A DNA stretch of 64,000 nt from positions 90,768,001-90,832,000 of the forward strand of contig OZ024740.1 of the NCBI GenBank assembly GCA_964016885.1. The letters run 5' to 3'. This DNA comes from Eledone cirrhosa (taxonomy: Eukaryota). The first letter of the stretch is position 1, and each line of letters begins with the position of its first letter. The notes below the pieces were generated by a model. The model was not told where the DNA came from. It worked only from the letters and a program-made list of their open reading frames with translations, and ran no database searches. The position numbers and the translations under genes are program-made. Shown piece after piece: positions 1 to 12,879 of this stretch.

Positions 1-128
1 AACACACAATAAATTGAGTTCAGATGTATCACTGATTTTTCCTTTTATATTATATCATACTCTGCTCTGTAAGAGCATAGAGTACTCCACCGGCATACCG
101 CCAATGGAAGCATATTAGCTACCATCAG

Positions 129-176
129 GCACACACACGTACACACACACACAAACACACACACGCACACACACAT

Positions 177-246
<70 letters not shown>
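129..246. repeat. Compound (CA)n/(TA)n microsatellite
   Basis: Read directly from the sequence. Confidence 0.95.
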
Positions 247-249
<3 letters not shown>

Positions 250-961
250 CTTCCGTCCATATTCAATTTTCATTGTGATGAGTGATATCAGAGGTCTCTG
301 TTGGGCTCGTGTGTCTTCGTGAAACGTTTGGTAAATGGAATATTTTTCTCACGTTGTTTATTACATAATTAAATAGCTCAGGTTGCATACACAGAGCACT
401 CTCCTTTCCTTTCCCCTTCCTACGGAAATACTTCATATATATATATAAATATATATGTAATTTATGCACATAAACATATAATTGAATAGTATTGATCGTG
501 GTTATATATGTTATGTCTTACTGGATATTAAATATTTACTTACTATTAAGTTTTTATAATCTGCTATGTATTGTGTACCTTACTTACTGTGGTTACCCCC
601 GATTGAACCCGGGATAAACTTTGTATTCTAACACTACAAACATGGACAGGGGTGTCACAAGAACAACGGTATTTTATTATTATGGATGATCTGTATTCGT
701 TTCTGATACAATAGGATATACCCTAAGGTTAGATGTTTACATGTTAGGCATAACATATATAGAATATAATGGTCCATATATGATATAGATATAATAACAT
801 ATATGAGAGTAATGCTATATCATATACATATATTGTTTGAATCGTTTACATTACTTACTGCACAATAAATAATTATGCCAATATAAATCAGACGAAAACC
901 ATATTACAACTAAAAAAAGCTGGAATCTCCCCTCCCATATATATATTTACATACATACATG

Positions 962-1161
<200 letters not shown>

Positions 1162-2149
1162 TTCGTATGTGTGCGTATGTATATTCTCGAGGTATATTTT
1201 AATATTTCTAAATATTTCTGTTGATGTCTGAGTGTAAATTTGCGTGTGTCGAATTTTGTTTTCGTTCATGATTTGTTGGTGAAATTATTATTGCTAATAC
1301 AAGAGAATAATTTATTTTCTATAATTCTATTTTGCATTTAATCTCATCATTGGGCTTATTGTCTTGCTTTGAGAGAAATCTTATCAGACATATTAGAAAA
1401 AAATAACAAGCGCCACGATTGTCTGATTTCCAAGATATTGTTTGCGAAATTAATTCGCATGAATAAGATATAATACTTTTCTTTTTCATACATTTTTCCT
1501 GTGTTGTCTTTTATGCAGCTGCAATAAATAACAAACGTAGTTAAATGTGAGATTTGCAAAGTATTCCGTTGAATATTGTTCTTGGGGAAATTCTGAAATG
1601 AAGCACGATTGTATTTGTTTAAAAACTTGTAAATTATTAAAATAAATTGCATATAACTATACATATTTTTTACAGATATAACCACCATGTTAACAGATAT
1701 AACCACCATTAATACGATACAATTGTATGATTATGTGCATAAAATACTAACAATATCCTAATACTACATAACATAATTGGAATATTCATGTGCACAGTGA
1801 TTTTGGGGTCCATGCTTGTTTTAATCTAGCTAGTATTAATCGTAATTATTGAAGTCCCCTCATTAACTACAATGTACAGGCACTGTATTTGGTTGCTAAC
1901 GTTTTTGATTCTTAATTTGAAAATGATCATATTCTGATTAGTGCAAGAGCTAGTATGTCTAACATAAGTAATGATTGTCGGTTCCATGACAAATTGCAAT
2001 TTCAGACATTAAGATAAATTCTAATTGTTAAGACAAGAAACGTTTATGAATCGATGACAGTTTAATAGGTATTAATAGATAGTGGTTTAAATGGTTAAAT
2101 ATATATTTGCTGGACGTGGAAATTATGTTAATTAGCCCAATCATTAGTG

Positions 2150-3800
2150 TCAAGTTCATTTGCTATGCGTCATAATTACCGGATACCTTATCTCTGAGCT
2201 CATATGGAGTCTATGACGAAATTACCTTTACTCTTTCGTTATTCATATTCCAGGGCGGTGGAGTGAATCAATTAATTGAAGGGCACAACGCATTAACCTG
2301 TTTATTTACAGATATTGTATTCTTATTTGTAATTGATTTATAATTAAACTAATCTAGTTCTTCCTATTAGTGAGGAAAGCCAATGACGAAATGATGTCCG
2401 TCATGAGGCGAAGTAAGGATATTGATATAGGGACGGAAAAATTTAGCATCTTGAAAGTTAACGTGTCAGAAATGCTTATAATAGTGCTTGTAAATATCTA
2501 GACATATACAATCTTTAAGGACTGTTTGCACTATGATAAGAAAATCCCTAATTTAAAAGCTCCAGTAGATATTTAAAGAGGTCCCTAAAAGAAGCGCAAC
2601 TAGATGTCCGTGAGGGGAAATAGCCTCTTTTTTGCTCTTACCTCTTTCCAGTATCTTTTCAAACAATTCAAACTGTGTGACAGCTAAAAACTATGTGGGT
2701 ATGTAGTAATCGGACCGGATAAGCTAGATCGTATACAATTAGCTTTTTTTCATTTTGACAGCAAACAGAGATAGCTTCGGTTTCCCATAGATAAAGACTC
2801 TCGTTTCTGATCACTAGCGCCGACATAGATATAATGCCTACTCATGGATCCGACTTCTGAAATCAGTAAGGACTATAGTTAAATAACTTTTAACAGGGGA
2901 GATGGGCCGCGACATGTGGTGGTGCGCTATCAAGAGAGTAAATAGAGAATGTTTATTTGCTTTTAATAAAGCGGTATCATTAGAAGAAATAGAGTAGGAT
3001 TGAAGTTAAAAGCAAAATTAAAAGGGTCGACTAGCTTTTTCATTGCAACTGACATGCTGGTTGCGGGAATGCTAATAGTCCAATTCTTCCATCGGAAATA
3101 TCAAAGATGCATTGACATTGATCTAATGCACAAAGGAACGTAGACATTAGAGCGGGTTCTTGTGGGTGAAGCACATCCTGGCAATACAGGCATAAAGTGT
3201 TCTTTGATGCATCGATCTGGGCGTGTATTGCTCGACTTTCCAGCCGCATGTTTAACAACGTTTAACTATATAGTGAGGTGACAAAGGTGATTGTCGGACA
3301 TCGTTACTAACTCGACGGCCCGCTGTAAAACTCGACTGAGGATGCAGACGTGCAGAAAGCCAAAGACTACAGTCCTATACGGAAAGCTCTGAGAGGCTGT
3401 ACTAGGCGTAGACTAAGTCTATTAGATGGTCAATCGGAGGGGTAATACGTAAATATGCTAGATGTTTCACCATTATCCTCACATCTGTCAGTTCTAGTGG
3501 TACTAAAACGGCAGAATTCCTATTTCTGAAAGCTGATGTGAAGTAGAACTGATATAAGGGGGCGGGTAGAAAGCGGACACAACTGAAAATGTCCAGCTAT
3601 TAATTTCACTAAACATAGACTTTAAGATTGTGTCCTAGGAGTAAAGTACTCAGCTTGGCACATTTCGACAAAAATCTGATATTTGCAATCCGAACCAGGC
3701 CAATACACAACAACGTACACCTAATGCGATATATTATAAATAGGTTAGGAAAATAAAGTTTGTTTTACTGGAGCCCAAATCAATTTAGATTAATCTAACG
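2150..3800 (-). mobile_element. Possible highly decayed retroelement remnant (Penelope-like?)
   Basis: Island of more complex sequence. Only weak minus-strand peptide hints (IRFLSKC near 3660; ..F..RGY near 2620) resembling PLE N-terminal and thumb regions. No intact motif. Confidence 0.2.
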
Positions 3801-4029
3801 ATTTCGATATCTTTGATCATCGATACATAGCTGTTCTTATAGCAGTTTGTACCATCTGGATCGAATAACTGCACAGTGTCATCTTGGTAAATTGAATAAA
3901 TATCGACCTATCGGAACCAGCTCAGATCCTGCATCCTGTTCGTTGCATTCTATCTTCCCTTCTTAATACTCTGCCTCTTGAACCACTACTTCGGACGCTG
4001 GAATTGTTGCAGGGTATTTTAATATGAAA

Positions 4030-4127
4030 TATATATGCACACACACACACACACACTGACACATACAAACACACGTACACACACACACACACACAGACAC
4101 ACACACACTACACACACACACACACAC

Positions 4128-4220
<93 letters not shown>
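4030..4220. repeat. (CA)n/(TA)n microsatellite
   Basis: Read directly. Confidence 0.95.
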
Positions 4221-4221
4221 C

Positions 4222-4869
4222 GAGAAGAATGGAGTGCTGCGTGTTTGCACATGGTATACATATGAATAAAACTAGTCCTTCATGAGTGATTTTCCAACCT
4301 TCATTGGTATTTCATCGCTTTAAAAATCATATACCTCTAGTTGGTGGGAGCATTAGCTATTGGGACAAGTAATATAGCGTGAAGCGAGCGAGACATGTAA
4401 ACAAACATGTATTGCACCGGAAAGATAGGAAGCAACATGTAAATGATATCTATTAAGCTTAAGCTTGGTGAATTCATGGACGCGGGAGATATACACACCA
4501 TCCGACATGGGTGAGATGTGAGCGAGAAAAGGATTTCACACAGGTCAAACAGGAGGAAGTGAGAGAGGGGGAGAAGCAGAGATTGAGTGAGTGGAAGTGT
4601 GAGGTAGATGCCAGTCGAGAGAAAGTGTGACTGACAGAGGGGGTAAAAGAGGGTGAGATACAGAGAGAGGGGGAAAGCAGTAAGAAATAAACAGACAATC
4701 GCAGCTGAAGAAAAAATATAAATATGAGAAGTATGGAGTGCTGCGCGGTTGCACATGGGTTACATATGAATAAAATTAGTCCTTCATCAGTGATTTTCCA
4801 ACCTTCATTGGTATCCAATTTTATTAGAAGGTTGGAAAATCACTGATGAAGGACTAATTTTATTCATAT
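4222..4869. repeat. Non-coding element with ~90-bp direct repeats (4222-4310, 4726-4814) and a terminal fold-back (arms 4764-4806 / 4827-4869); pseudo-LTR-like layout
   Basis: The GAGAAG..TGGAGTGCTGCG..CCTTCAT(G/C)AGTGATTTTCCAACCTTCATTGGTAT block occurs twice ~504 bp apart. A perfect ~43-bp inverted repeat is at the right end. Bounded by (TA)n on both sides. Confidence 0.7.
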
Positions 4870-4871
4870 AC

Positions 4872-4927
<56 letters not shown>

Positions 4928-4929
<2 letters not shown>

Positions 4930-5099
4930 GGATTTAAATGGATACAGTTTATTTAAAAGGATTTAGTATTAGTTATGCAGACATTAATACTTGCATAACT
5001 AATACTTTGTAGATAGCAGCTGTTTTCAGGATATGTAACTGTTATTGAAACACGTGTCAATAAATTCCTTTTAACTAAACTGTATCCATTTAAATCCTT
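4928..5099. repeat. Inverted repeat (~34-bp arms) with nested 15-bp hairpin
   Basis: AAGGATTTAAATGGATACAGTTTATTTAAAAGGA and its near-perfect reverse complement at 5066-5099. Internal AGTATTAGTTATGCA / TGCATAACTAATACT. Confidence 0.8.
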
Positions 5100-5210
5100 T
5101 TATTTTTCTCCGGATTACTTTTGGAACTACAACTGGAACCGTAGAGCAAACTCTACGTGAGCTGTCCATCTACTGTGTGTAATATTTATATTACAACACT
5201 ACGGAAAATA

Positions 5211-5255
<45 letters not shown>

Positions 5256-5317
5256 CACGTACTCAGAGCAATGGTACGTGTGACTGCAAATGCCTAATAT
5301 ATAAAGTAGTTGGACAT

Positions 5318-5505
5318 GGTGGATTGGCAGTATCGGTAGAGGGTCGGACGTCATTATTTGCAGCACATGTACGTCCCTTTACGGACTGAGTTCAAATCCC
5401 GCCGAGGTTAACTTTGCCTTTCCTCCTTACGGGGTGGATACAATAAAGTACCAGTAATACACTGGGATAATTGCTGGCCTTGTGCCAAAAGTAGAAACAA
5501 TTATA
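5318..5505 (+). mobile_element. tRNA-derived SINE
   Basis: A-box-like TGGCAGTATCGG, B box GAGTTCAAATCC (5388-5399), body GCCTTTCCTCCTTACGGGGT..ATAAAGTACCAG, 3' end GGCCTTGTGCCAAAAGTAGAAACAATT. Homologous copies occur elsewhere in the window. Confidence 0.85.
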
Positions 5506-5904
5506 TGTGAAATTGTGCATACGATCATGTATGTAGATGTTTTCACATATTCACGCTAAACCCTTGTGTGTATATGCCCACACCACCGTACAGGTTATCA
5601 AACTATTGCCAATTGCCAAACGTTAAAAACATCAATATTGAAATAAATGAAAACAGTTTTCATGTTGTCTCATTTATGTTTAATACATATTTTTGTTTTT
5701 CTTTTCTTTATTTTATCTACCTTTCCAAAAAAAGTGGCAACCGAAGACGCTACGTACCGACAAGATTTCGAATCACCGGAATTTTAAAATAATATTCTCG
5801 GTTTGTATATATAACGAATGAAATGTGGTAAGGAACCAGATGGACCATAACGCACCAAAGTACTCAATACTAAGGGGAGTAGATTGGGTAATGGGAACAA
5901 GTAT

Positions 5905-6003
5905 GACCCGGACGGCAGAGCTCAAGCCGTTTCGACGGTTAATTCGGGATTAAATAAGAATGTTTAGCCTGGTAAATAAATAGCCGAACTTCTCAGGGGG
6001 TAA
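5905..6003 (-). ncRNA. Type I hammerhead-like motif in the inverted pLTR
   Basis: Minus strand: ACCCC-CTGAGAA-GTTCGGCTA...TAACCGTC-GAAAC-GGCTTGAGCTCTGCC-GTC-CGGGT. C3/A8 mismatch, so it may be impaired. Confidence 0.6.
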
Positions 6004-6597
6004 TTACTTATATGGGAAGACAATAATTGTCAAAAGGATTGGTCAACATTTTTTTGTAAAGACAGAAGATTCTATCAAGGCATTTGGAGGGAGGTATGGG
6101 TAGCTGAATTTGCCCGCGGAACAAAGAGGGAGTGGGGGAAACCCAGTCAAGCGTTGAAAGTGAAATCTACACAGAAGATTCTAAGGATGGTGTATAGAAG
6201 GTCGAAAGATGTGTACTGGAGAAGGGATGGGGGAAGTTGAAAGAATAGGTAAATCGAAAGGGAGTAAACAAAAAACCGTTATAAAAATAAGGAAATAAAT
6301 ATATTAAAAAAAACACAATTTCTACTCCATTCCCACAATCACCAAATCTCTCGTTCATATTTCTAAGCTATAGGAAAGTTTAATAGGTGGAGAAAAATAC
6401 TAAATACGAGATTGTAGTAAAATAATTTCATAAAGCCGGCTTTACAGGCGGTCTAACGCCACTGCTATAGTTAGTGGGTAATCAGCCAATACTATCTTAC
6501 AATGACAGGTTAATAAGTTGAGAACGAAAATGCTAAAGTACTACTACACATTTTTGACCAATCCTTTTGACAATTACTCTCTTCCCATATAAGTAAT

Positions 6598-6695
6598 TAC
6601 CCCTTGAGAAGTTCGGCTATTTATTTACCAGGCTAACAATTCTTATTTAGTCAAGAATTAGCCGTCGAAACGGCTTGAACTCTGCCGTCGGGGTC
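6598..6695 (+). ncRNA. Type I hammerhead ribozyme (U3:A8 variant) in the PLE 5' pLTR
   Basis: Stem I ACCCC/GGGGT; core TTGAGAA (6604-6610); stem II CGGCTA/TAGCCG with a long insert; GAAA; stem III ACGGC/GCCGT; cleavage triplet GTC ending at 6689. Confidence 0.75.
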
Positions 6696-6862
6696 ATACT
6701 TGTTTCTATTGCTCAGTCTACCACCCTAAGAATTGAGTACTTTGGTGCGTTATGGTCCATTTGGTTCCTTACCACATATCCTTCGTTATCTACCTCCTAT
6801 CTTAGTAGCAGAGCATTTTCCGACCCTACAACACCTTATCCAGACATTTCCGCCAAGCTTAA

Positions 6863-9037
6863 GTGTTTTCGCGAAAACACAACATCGACTTCTCTACCAA
6901 TAACATCCCAGTTCCACCGAGAAAACATTACCTTCGGATGCTCACACAAAAAATCGACCTATTTGCGAAAAGACTAAGATGGAGAACTTTTTTCTACGAC
7001 AAATATTGCGAAAATCAGGACTTCGATACCAAGGAGAGATTCGGATTTAATACCTACAAATCTCCCCCGCCGAACCCTATGCTCTCATGCTTCGTGAATG
7101 ACATTTTCCAACTGATCGAGAGCATTAAATTCAAACCCAGACACAACAGAATCCTACAAAAACTCCGTAGAAAATTAACAGAATATGAAAACACCAACGA
7201 CATCATGGTGCACTCTGACAAAAATAGAAACTTCTACTTCGTCAACCCCGACAGATACGACACAGTGATCAGGAGCAGCCTAAACTCCACCTATAAAAAG
7301 GCTAACCATTCAAATATCGAGGACATAAATCGAGATGTACAACACATTACCTCCAGCTTCGGGGTCGACGACTGCACTGAACCCCTAGACCCACGGACTC
7401 CCTACTTCACACTTAAGGACCACAAATCCGACTTCCACATTAAACCATCCATTAGGCTTATGAACCCAACGAAGTCCGACATAGGGAGAATGAGTGAAGT
7501 CAATCCTAGACCGCGTTACACCAAAAGTTAAGCAAAACGCGAAACTTAGCCTATGGGTCAACACCCAGGAAGTAATCTCATGGTTCAGAAATATGAAGGA
7601 CAAACGAGACAGAAAATCCATTCAGTTTGACATAGAGAATTACTATGCATCAATTACCTTAGCGCTCCTTACGGCTGCCTTGGACTTTGCCGAAACACTC
7701 ACGCCCATCACCGACCAGGAAAAAATATCAACCTCCACGCCAGGAAGACAGTCCTACTTTTCGACAACTCCAAATGGATAAAGAGAGCTCCTGACTCCTC
7801 CTTCGACGTCAATATGGACGCGACGGATTCGGCCGAGGTCACAGATCTTATAGGATTATTCCTACTATTTAAACTCACAGAGATGTTTCCTGCATTCGGC
7901 AGTGAAATGTAGCGAGATGAGGGGTTCCTTACCCTCAAAGAGATAAACCCCAGTAGCAGAGACCGGGTTCGAAAACAAGTAATCATCTTCTTCCGCGACT
8001 GGGGATTTAAAATAAGCCTACAAACGTCCCTAACCAGAATAAACTTCCAGGACGTTACACTTAACCTCGATTATGATATGTACTACCCATACAGGAAACC
8101 AAAGAACAATCTGCATTATATCCACCGCCAGTCGAACCATCCTAGAAACATCACCAATAACCTGGTTAAAAAAACATCTCCCTCCGCATATCTCGTTTGT
8201 CCGCTAATGAGCAGTTATTCGACGAACACTTGCCTTATTACAACCAGGCCCTCGAGCGGATTGACTTCCGGGAGGAAATATCCTATTATCCAGCTTCCAT
8301 TAGCAGAACAAGCAGGCGACACCGCTGCTAACGCAACGTAACGTGGTTCAATCCTCCCCACAATGCTGAGGTGACAACACCTATCGGGTAAATCTTCTTT
8401 AGGCTCATCGGAAAACACTTCCCACTACAACACCGCTACCACAACATAATCAACAAACACACCATCAACCTCTCCTACAGCACCACACCTAACTTCGCAC
8501 AAAATATCGTCTCGTCTAACAACAAAATTATCAAACCCTTATGGGAGAAATAACCTAGACAGCAGTGGAGGGCCAACGAGGAGGTGTAACTCTCCTGATA
8601 GATCCCTTTTTCCCCTCAACAATAGATGTCGAGACCGTAATGTGATCTATTAGTGCAACGTGAGGACGGACACCTACAACAAAGCCTATATAGGATTAAC
8701 CGCTTGTGACTTCAAGAACCGGGTCTACCTACACCGACATACTTTCCGAAACCCGCCTCGGTGTCATGCCACTACATTTTCGAGCCACAACTGGGACCTC
8801 AAAGATAATAATATAACCTACATTCTCACTTGGAGCTTACTGTCCGGAGCGAACTCTTACACGGGAGGACGCAGTCCGTGTAACTCATGTTCGGAGGAAA
8901 CATTACAAATGCTGTTTTCGAAGGACCCACTCCTAAACAAGAAAGACGAACTGGTGACTGCATGTAAACACAGATTGCGTAGGATTTACCTCACCCTCAA
9001 ACCCCATAATGACCCGAGTGGGGTAGACAAGGGCTGA
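6863..9037 (+). pseudogene. PLE reverse transcriptase + GIY-YIG endonuclease, frameshifted and with stops
   Basis: Motifs YFTLKDHK..RLMNPTKSDIG, QFDIENYYASI, decayed (Y)RDDG read as M*RDEG (~7910), PYRKP..YIHRQSNHP, WFNPP, NVIY*..AYIGLT (GIY-YIG, ~8640-8700), CNSC..E, LLNKKDEL..CKH. Confidence 0.9.
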
Positions 9038-9979
9038 ACCACCCCACTTGCCGATTTTGTAAGGGGTAACCCCAGCTTAAAAGGGTAGACGTAACTTTTT
9101 TATATTTTCATCTATATTTCCCTCTTCCTCCCATCTCTTCCTAGTCCTTCCACTCCAGACCTCCTTCCTTGTCCCTTTTTTCACCTTTTTGCCTACCCCG
9201 ATGAAGCCCATCGGTCCTCTGTAGCCTCAGTACCCCCACTCCCCTAATTTTAAGATGGAATTGGCCGATTACGCTTTTTATAGCAGATGTGTTAGACACC
9301 AGTAAATTGTTTTCTTTCTGGCTGCTGCTCCATTTCTGCGGTTTCTAATTTTCTTAGTGGTATTTTTTTGTATTAGTATTCTTATATTAGCAATTATGTA
9401 TTAGTCTTCTGAATTCTTATTTCGTATTAGTATTATTGTAGTAGTATTTTAGCATTTTTGTTCGCAACTTATTAACCTTTCATTGTACGATATCATTGGC
9501 TGATTACTACTAACTATAGCAGTGGTGTTTGACCCCCTGTAAAGCCAGTTTTATAAAATTATTTCACTACAATCTCGTATTTATTATTTTTCTCCACCTA
9601 TTAAACTTTCCTATAGCTTAGACATACCAATGAGAGATTTGGTGATTTGGGGAATGGGGTAGTAACCAGAAGTTGTGTTTTTTTTAAATATATTTATTTC
9701 CTTATTTTTATAATGTTTTTTTTTAGTTTACTCCCTTTCGATTGACCTATTCTGTCAACTCCCCCTACCCTTCTCCGATACACTTCTTTCGACTTCCTTA
9801 GAATCTGGTGTATAGATTTCACTTTCAACGCTTGACTGGGTTTCCCCCACTCCCTCTTTGTTCTACCGGCAAGTTCAACTACCCCTACCTCCCACCAAAT
9901 GCCATGATTTAATCATCTGTCTTTACAACAAATTTTGGACCAATCCTTTTGACAATTACTATCTTCCCATATAAGGAAT

Positions 9980-10070
9980 TACCCCCTGAGAAGTTCGGCT
10001 ATTTATTTACCAAGGAAACATTCTTATTTAATCCAGAATTAGCCCTCGAAACGGACTGCCGTCGTGGTCA
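9980..10070 (+). ncRNA. Type I hammerhead-like motif in the 3' pLTR
   Basis: ACCCC-CTGAGAA-GTTCGGCTA...TAGCCCTC-GAAAC-GGACTGCC-GTC-GTGGT. Same motif, partly decayed. Confidence 0.55.
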
Positions 10071-10078
10071 TGATTATT

Positions 10079-10116
<38 letters not shown>

Positions 10117-10263
10117 TATATAAGAATTAAAATACTAGAGTGTGTTGGAGTTAAAGACCCTCTTCGTATTATAGAAATGACAGTAAATGTATAGCTCAAT
10201 GTAATTAAACAGAGCCGAAGAATTATGAAAATAAACCAAAGAAGCCTTCAATACATCAAAAGT

Positions 10264-10317
10264 CTTTATTAGCCAACAATGTTTCGTCCTATTAAGGACT
10301 CATCAGGGCAAGTAAAG
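10264..10317 (-). ncRNA. Canonical minimal type I hammerhead ribozyme
   Basis: Minus strand GCC-CTGATGA-GTCCT-TAAT-AGGAC-GAAAC-ATT-GTT-GGC: full CUGAUGA/GAAA core, 5-bp stem II, 2-bp stem III, GUU triplet. Stem I extends as CTTTAC../..ATAAAG. Confidence 0.85.
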
Positions 10318-10699
10318 CTATAAGAAGCACTATCGGCCAATACAAGCCAAAAACTCAGAAGAATATGGAGTATAAATACATTAAAGCATAGGAAAATTAT
10401 CGAGTAAAACTTATCGTGTAAAAATTGCTAAGGAAGTAAATAACATTTTGAACCATATTACAAATATAGTACAATGCAAAAACTAAAGCTAAACACAACT
10501 GGTGATATTAAGCGAGAATTATTGTACTATATATAATATAATATAATATAATATAATATAATTGATAATGATAATAATAATAATATTAAAAGGCCCAATA
10601 TACATATATAAATATAAACATATGTACACACATATACATATATATCAATACACATTTCCATCAATACAAACACAAACTAACACCTATTAAGAGTTTAAA

Positions 10700-10850
10700 T
10701 ATAAATAAAAATAAAAATAAGAATAAGAATAAAAATAAGAATACAAATAAAAATAAAAATAAAAATATAAAATAAAAATAAAAATAAAAATAAAAATAAA
10801 AATAAAAATAAAAGTAAAAGTAAAAATAAAAATAAAAATAAAAATAAAAA
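10700..10850. repeat. (TAAAAA)n hexanucleotide microsatellite
   Basis: Read directly. Confidence 0.9.
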
Positions 10851-10879
10851 TATAATACATACATTATTTACAGTATAAA

Positions 10880-11310
10880 ATGATTAATTTGGACCATATC
10901 AATAATGAGGGTCTTAAGATAGTCTCGGACCTTGGCCTTGATAAGTATACCCAGCCATATTACCCTAGGGAACCGAGATTCACTCTTAAGGATCATAAGG
11001 TGACTTCATTAGTAATCCCTCTGTTAGACTCATCTGTCCTTCTAAATCTGATATAGCCATAATATTAAGAAAATCCTTGACCTTATTATACCAGCCGTTA
11101 GGGAGAAGGTTAATTTTAATCTATGGGGGAACACTAAGGAGGTTATAGATTAGTTCTCTGGTATTAATAAACTTGAATCTAGTAGGTTTATCCAGTTTGA
11201 TATCGATGCCTATTACACATCGATTTCACCCATCCTCCTTAATAAAGCCTTAATGATGGCCATGAGAGTGTCCAGCCTTACACGATTACAGGTAGACCTC
11301 ATCAGGCAGT
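10880..11310 (+). mobile_element. Fragment of a second PLE (RT region), probably with an inverted pLTR at ~10.1-10.5 kb
   Basis: FTLKDHK..FISNPSVRLICPSKSDIA and FIQFDIDAYYTSISPILLNKAL, homologous to the ORFs at 6863 and 7494. An antisense hammerhead lies upstream, as expected for an inverted pLTR. Confidence 0.75.
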
Positions 11311-11381
11311 TAGTCAGTTTTTAGATATGCTAGCTCTGTGTTTATAGTGTTGATGGTATCAGAGCCTTGGGCCATATACAT

Positions 11382-11469
<88 letters not shown>

Positions 11470-11699
11470 ATATCGATATATATATATATAAAGAAAAGAC
11501 ATCGGAAATGCAACTGGAGTCTTTTTAAGAATATTTATTTTTTTCCTTTAACAGTTTCACGGTTCTTATGTTTTACAAAATTAGAATTGAGATGGAAGAT
11601 TTGTGGTTTTTCTCGCATATGCATTTTTGATTTCTTTTCCTTATACTTTCACTCGTGTACGACATCTCGTTTTTTTTCTTTAAAAATAAACCAATTTCT

Positions 11700-11734
<35 letters not shown>

Positions 11735-11735
<1 letters not shown>

Positions 11736-11921
11736 ATTGTTTCTACTTTAGGCACAAGGCCAGCAACTACCCAGTGCATTACTGGTACTTTATTCTATCG
11801 ACCCCGTAAGGAGGAAAGGCAAAGTCAACCTCGGCGGGATTTGAACTCAGATCGTAAAGGGACGTAACTATGCTGGAAAGCATGGCCTTTGACCATCTAC
11901 CGATACTGTCAATCCGCCGCC
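11735..11921 (-). mobile_element. tRNA-derived SINE
   Basis: Reverse complement of the 5318-5505 element (B box read as GGATTTGAACTC on +). Confidence 0.85.
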
Positions 11922-12879
11922 ATATAAATCTATATAATTTCAAGAAAATGTTGTCGGAATGCCTATATATTTTAGCCAAAAGACATATTTGTGTCTGGCA
12001 TTCCAGCTAAGTATTATGGAATTTCAAACATGTTTTAATGCTAGCGTTTATGTGATGAAACGTGTAATTCCAACAGTCAAAATCGCACACGTCCCTTTGT
12101 CGTCGTATTTTAACTGTTAAATTTGGAATAGAATTATATGAATCTTACTTATTCCAAATTAAATATACATATTACATTTCTTCATTTATACTATACATTG
12201 TATAAATATGTTAAACGCTAAAATGTATATCACAATTCGTAAACTTATTTAAAGTATTTTGCACACAAAATAAAATATTTAAACATGTTGTTTTAGTAAA
12301 TGTTCAAAGATTGTGGCAAAATCTGCGAAGAAATATTTTTATTTTAATTGTCCTGTAAACATTTACGAATGCATTGTAGCATGAAATTATATCGATAACA
12401 ATTATTTTATCAATTTCCTTTTCAATGGAAATATAATATATAAAAATATAAATAACATTTCTGAAATATCAAAATTGAATTACTGTGTTTGTTTTGAAGT
12501 GAATATATTTCAAATATTTAAAACACGTAATATACAAATTATTTCAGCTCCCCTTATCTTATCATAAAATATAATTTTCGATTAGAATATATCATACTTA
12601 CTTTATATTTATATCATTCCTTTCTTCATTTTCCATTTACATTAAAACGTATAAACGAAAATTAAGAAATACAAAAATTAAAAAATTAAACACTCAACAT
12701 GTATTTAAAGCTGTGTAATGAATTGAATAACTATTAGGCTTTTTGTTTTTTCTCTGTTTTGTTAGCATTAGGTAAATGTAATATATGTTATGAAATGTAT
12801 CTGCAATTTAGCATTTTTGGAACAATAACGTTAGTTACGACATTCGGGCCAGACGTATTAATTTGTTGGCAGCTTGAAT

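Larger units (their letters stand above)
5810..10072 (+). mobile_element. Penelope-like element (probably Naiad-type): inverted 5' pLTR (5810-6548), partial direct pLTR (6550-6790), ORF, 3' pLTR (~9440-10072)
   Basis: 5810-6548 is the reverse complement of 9440-10070 plus 6550-6790, and 6550-6700 repeats 9930-10070 directly. The RT + GIY-YIG ORF lies between. This is the classic PLE architecture. Confidence 0.9.

Noticed and set aside
276-332. GTGATGAG...GAAACGTT hammerhead-like motif
   Set aside because: C3 is absent and I could not form convincing stems I and II.
4740-4850. Hammerhead at CTGATGAAGG (both strands)
   Set aside because: No GAAA with a closing stem II or stem I; the downstream sequence reads CAACCGCGCAG or CAAACACGCAG. 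At most a decayed relic.
5318-5405. tRNA gene
   Set aside because: A and B boxes are present but there is no cloverleaf; the sequence continues into a SINE body found in several copies.
8580-8970. Selenocysteine (UGA) recoding, as reported for some Naiad PLEs
   Set aside because: The Cys positions I checked use TGT or are mutated to TCT or TTT. There is no in-frame TGA at these sites and I recognised no SECIS.
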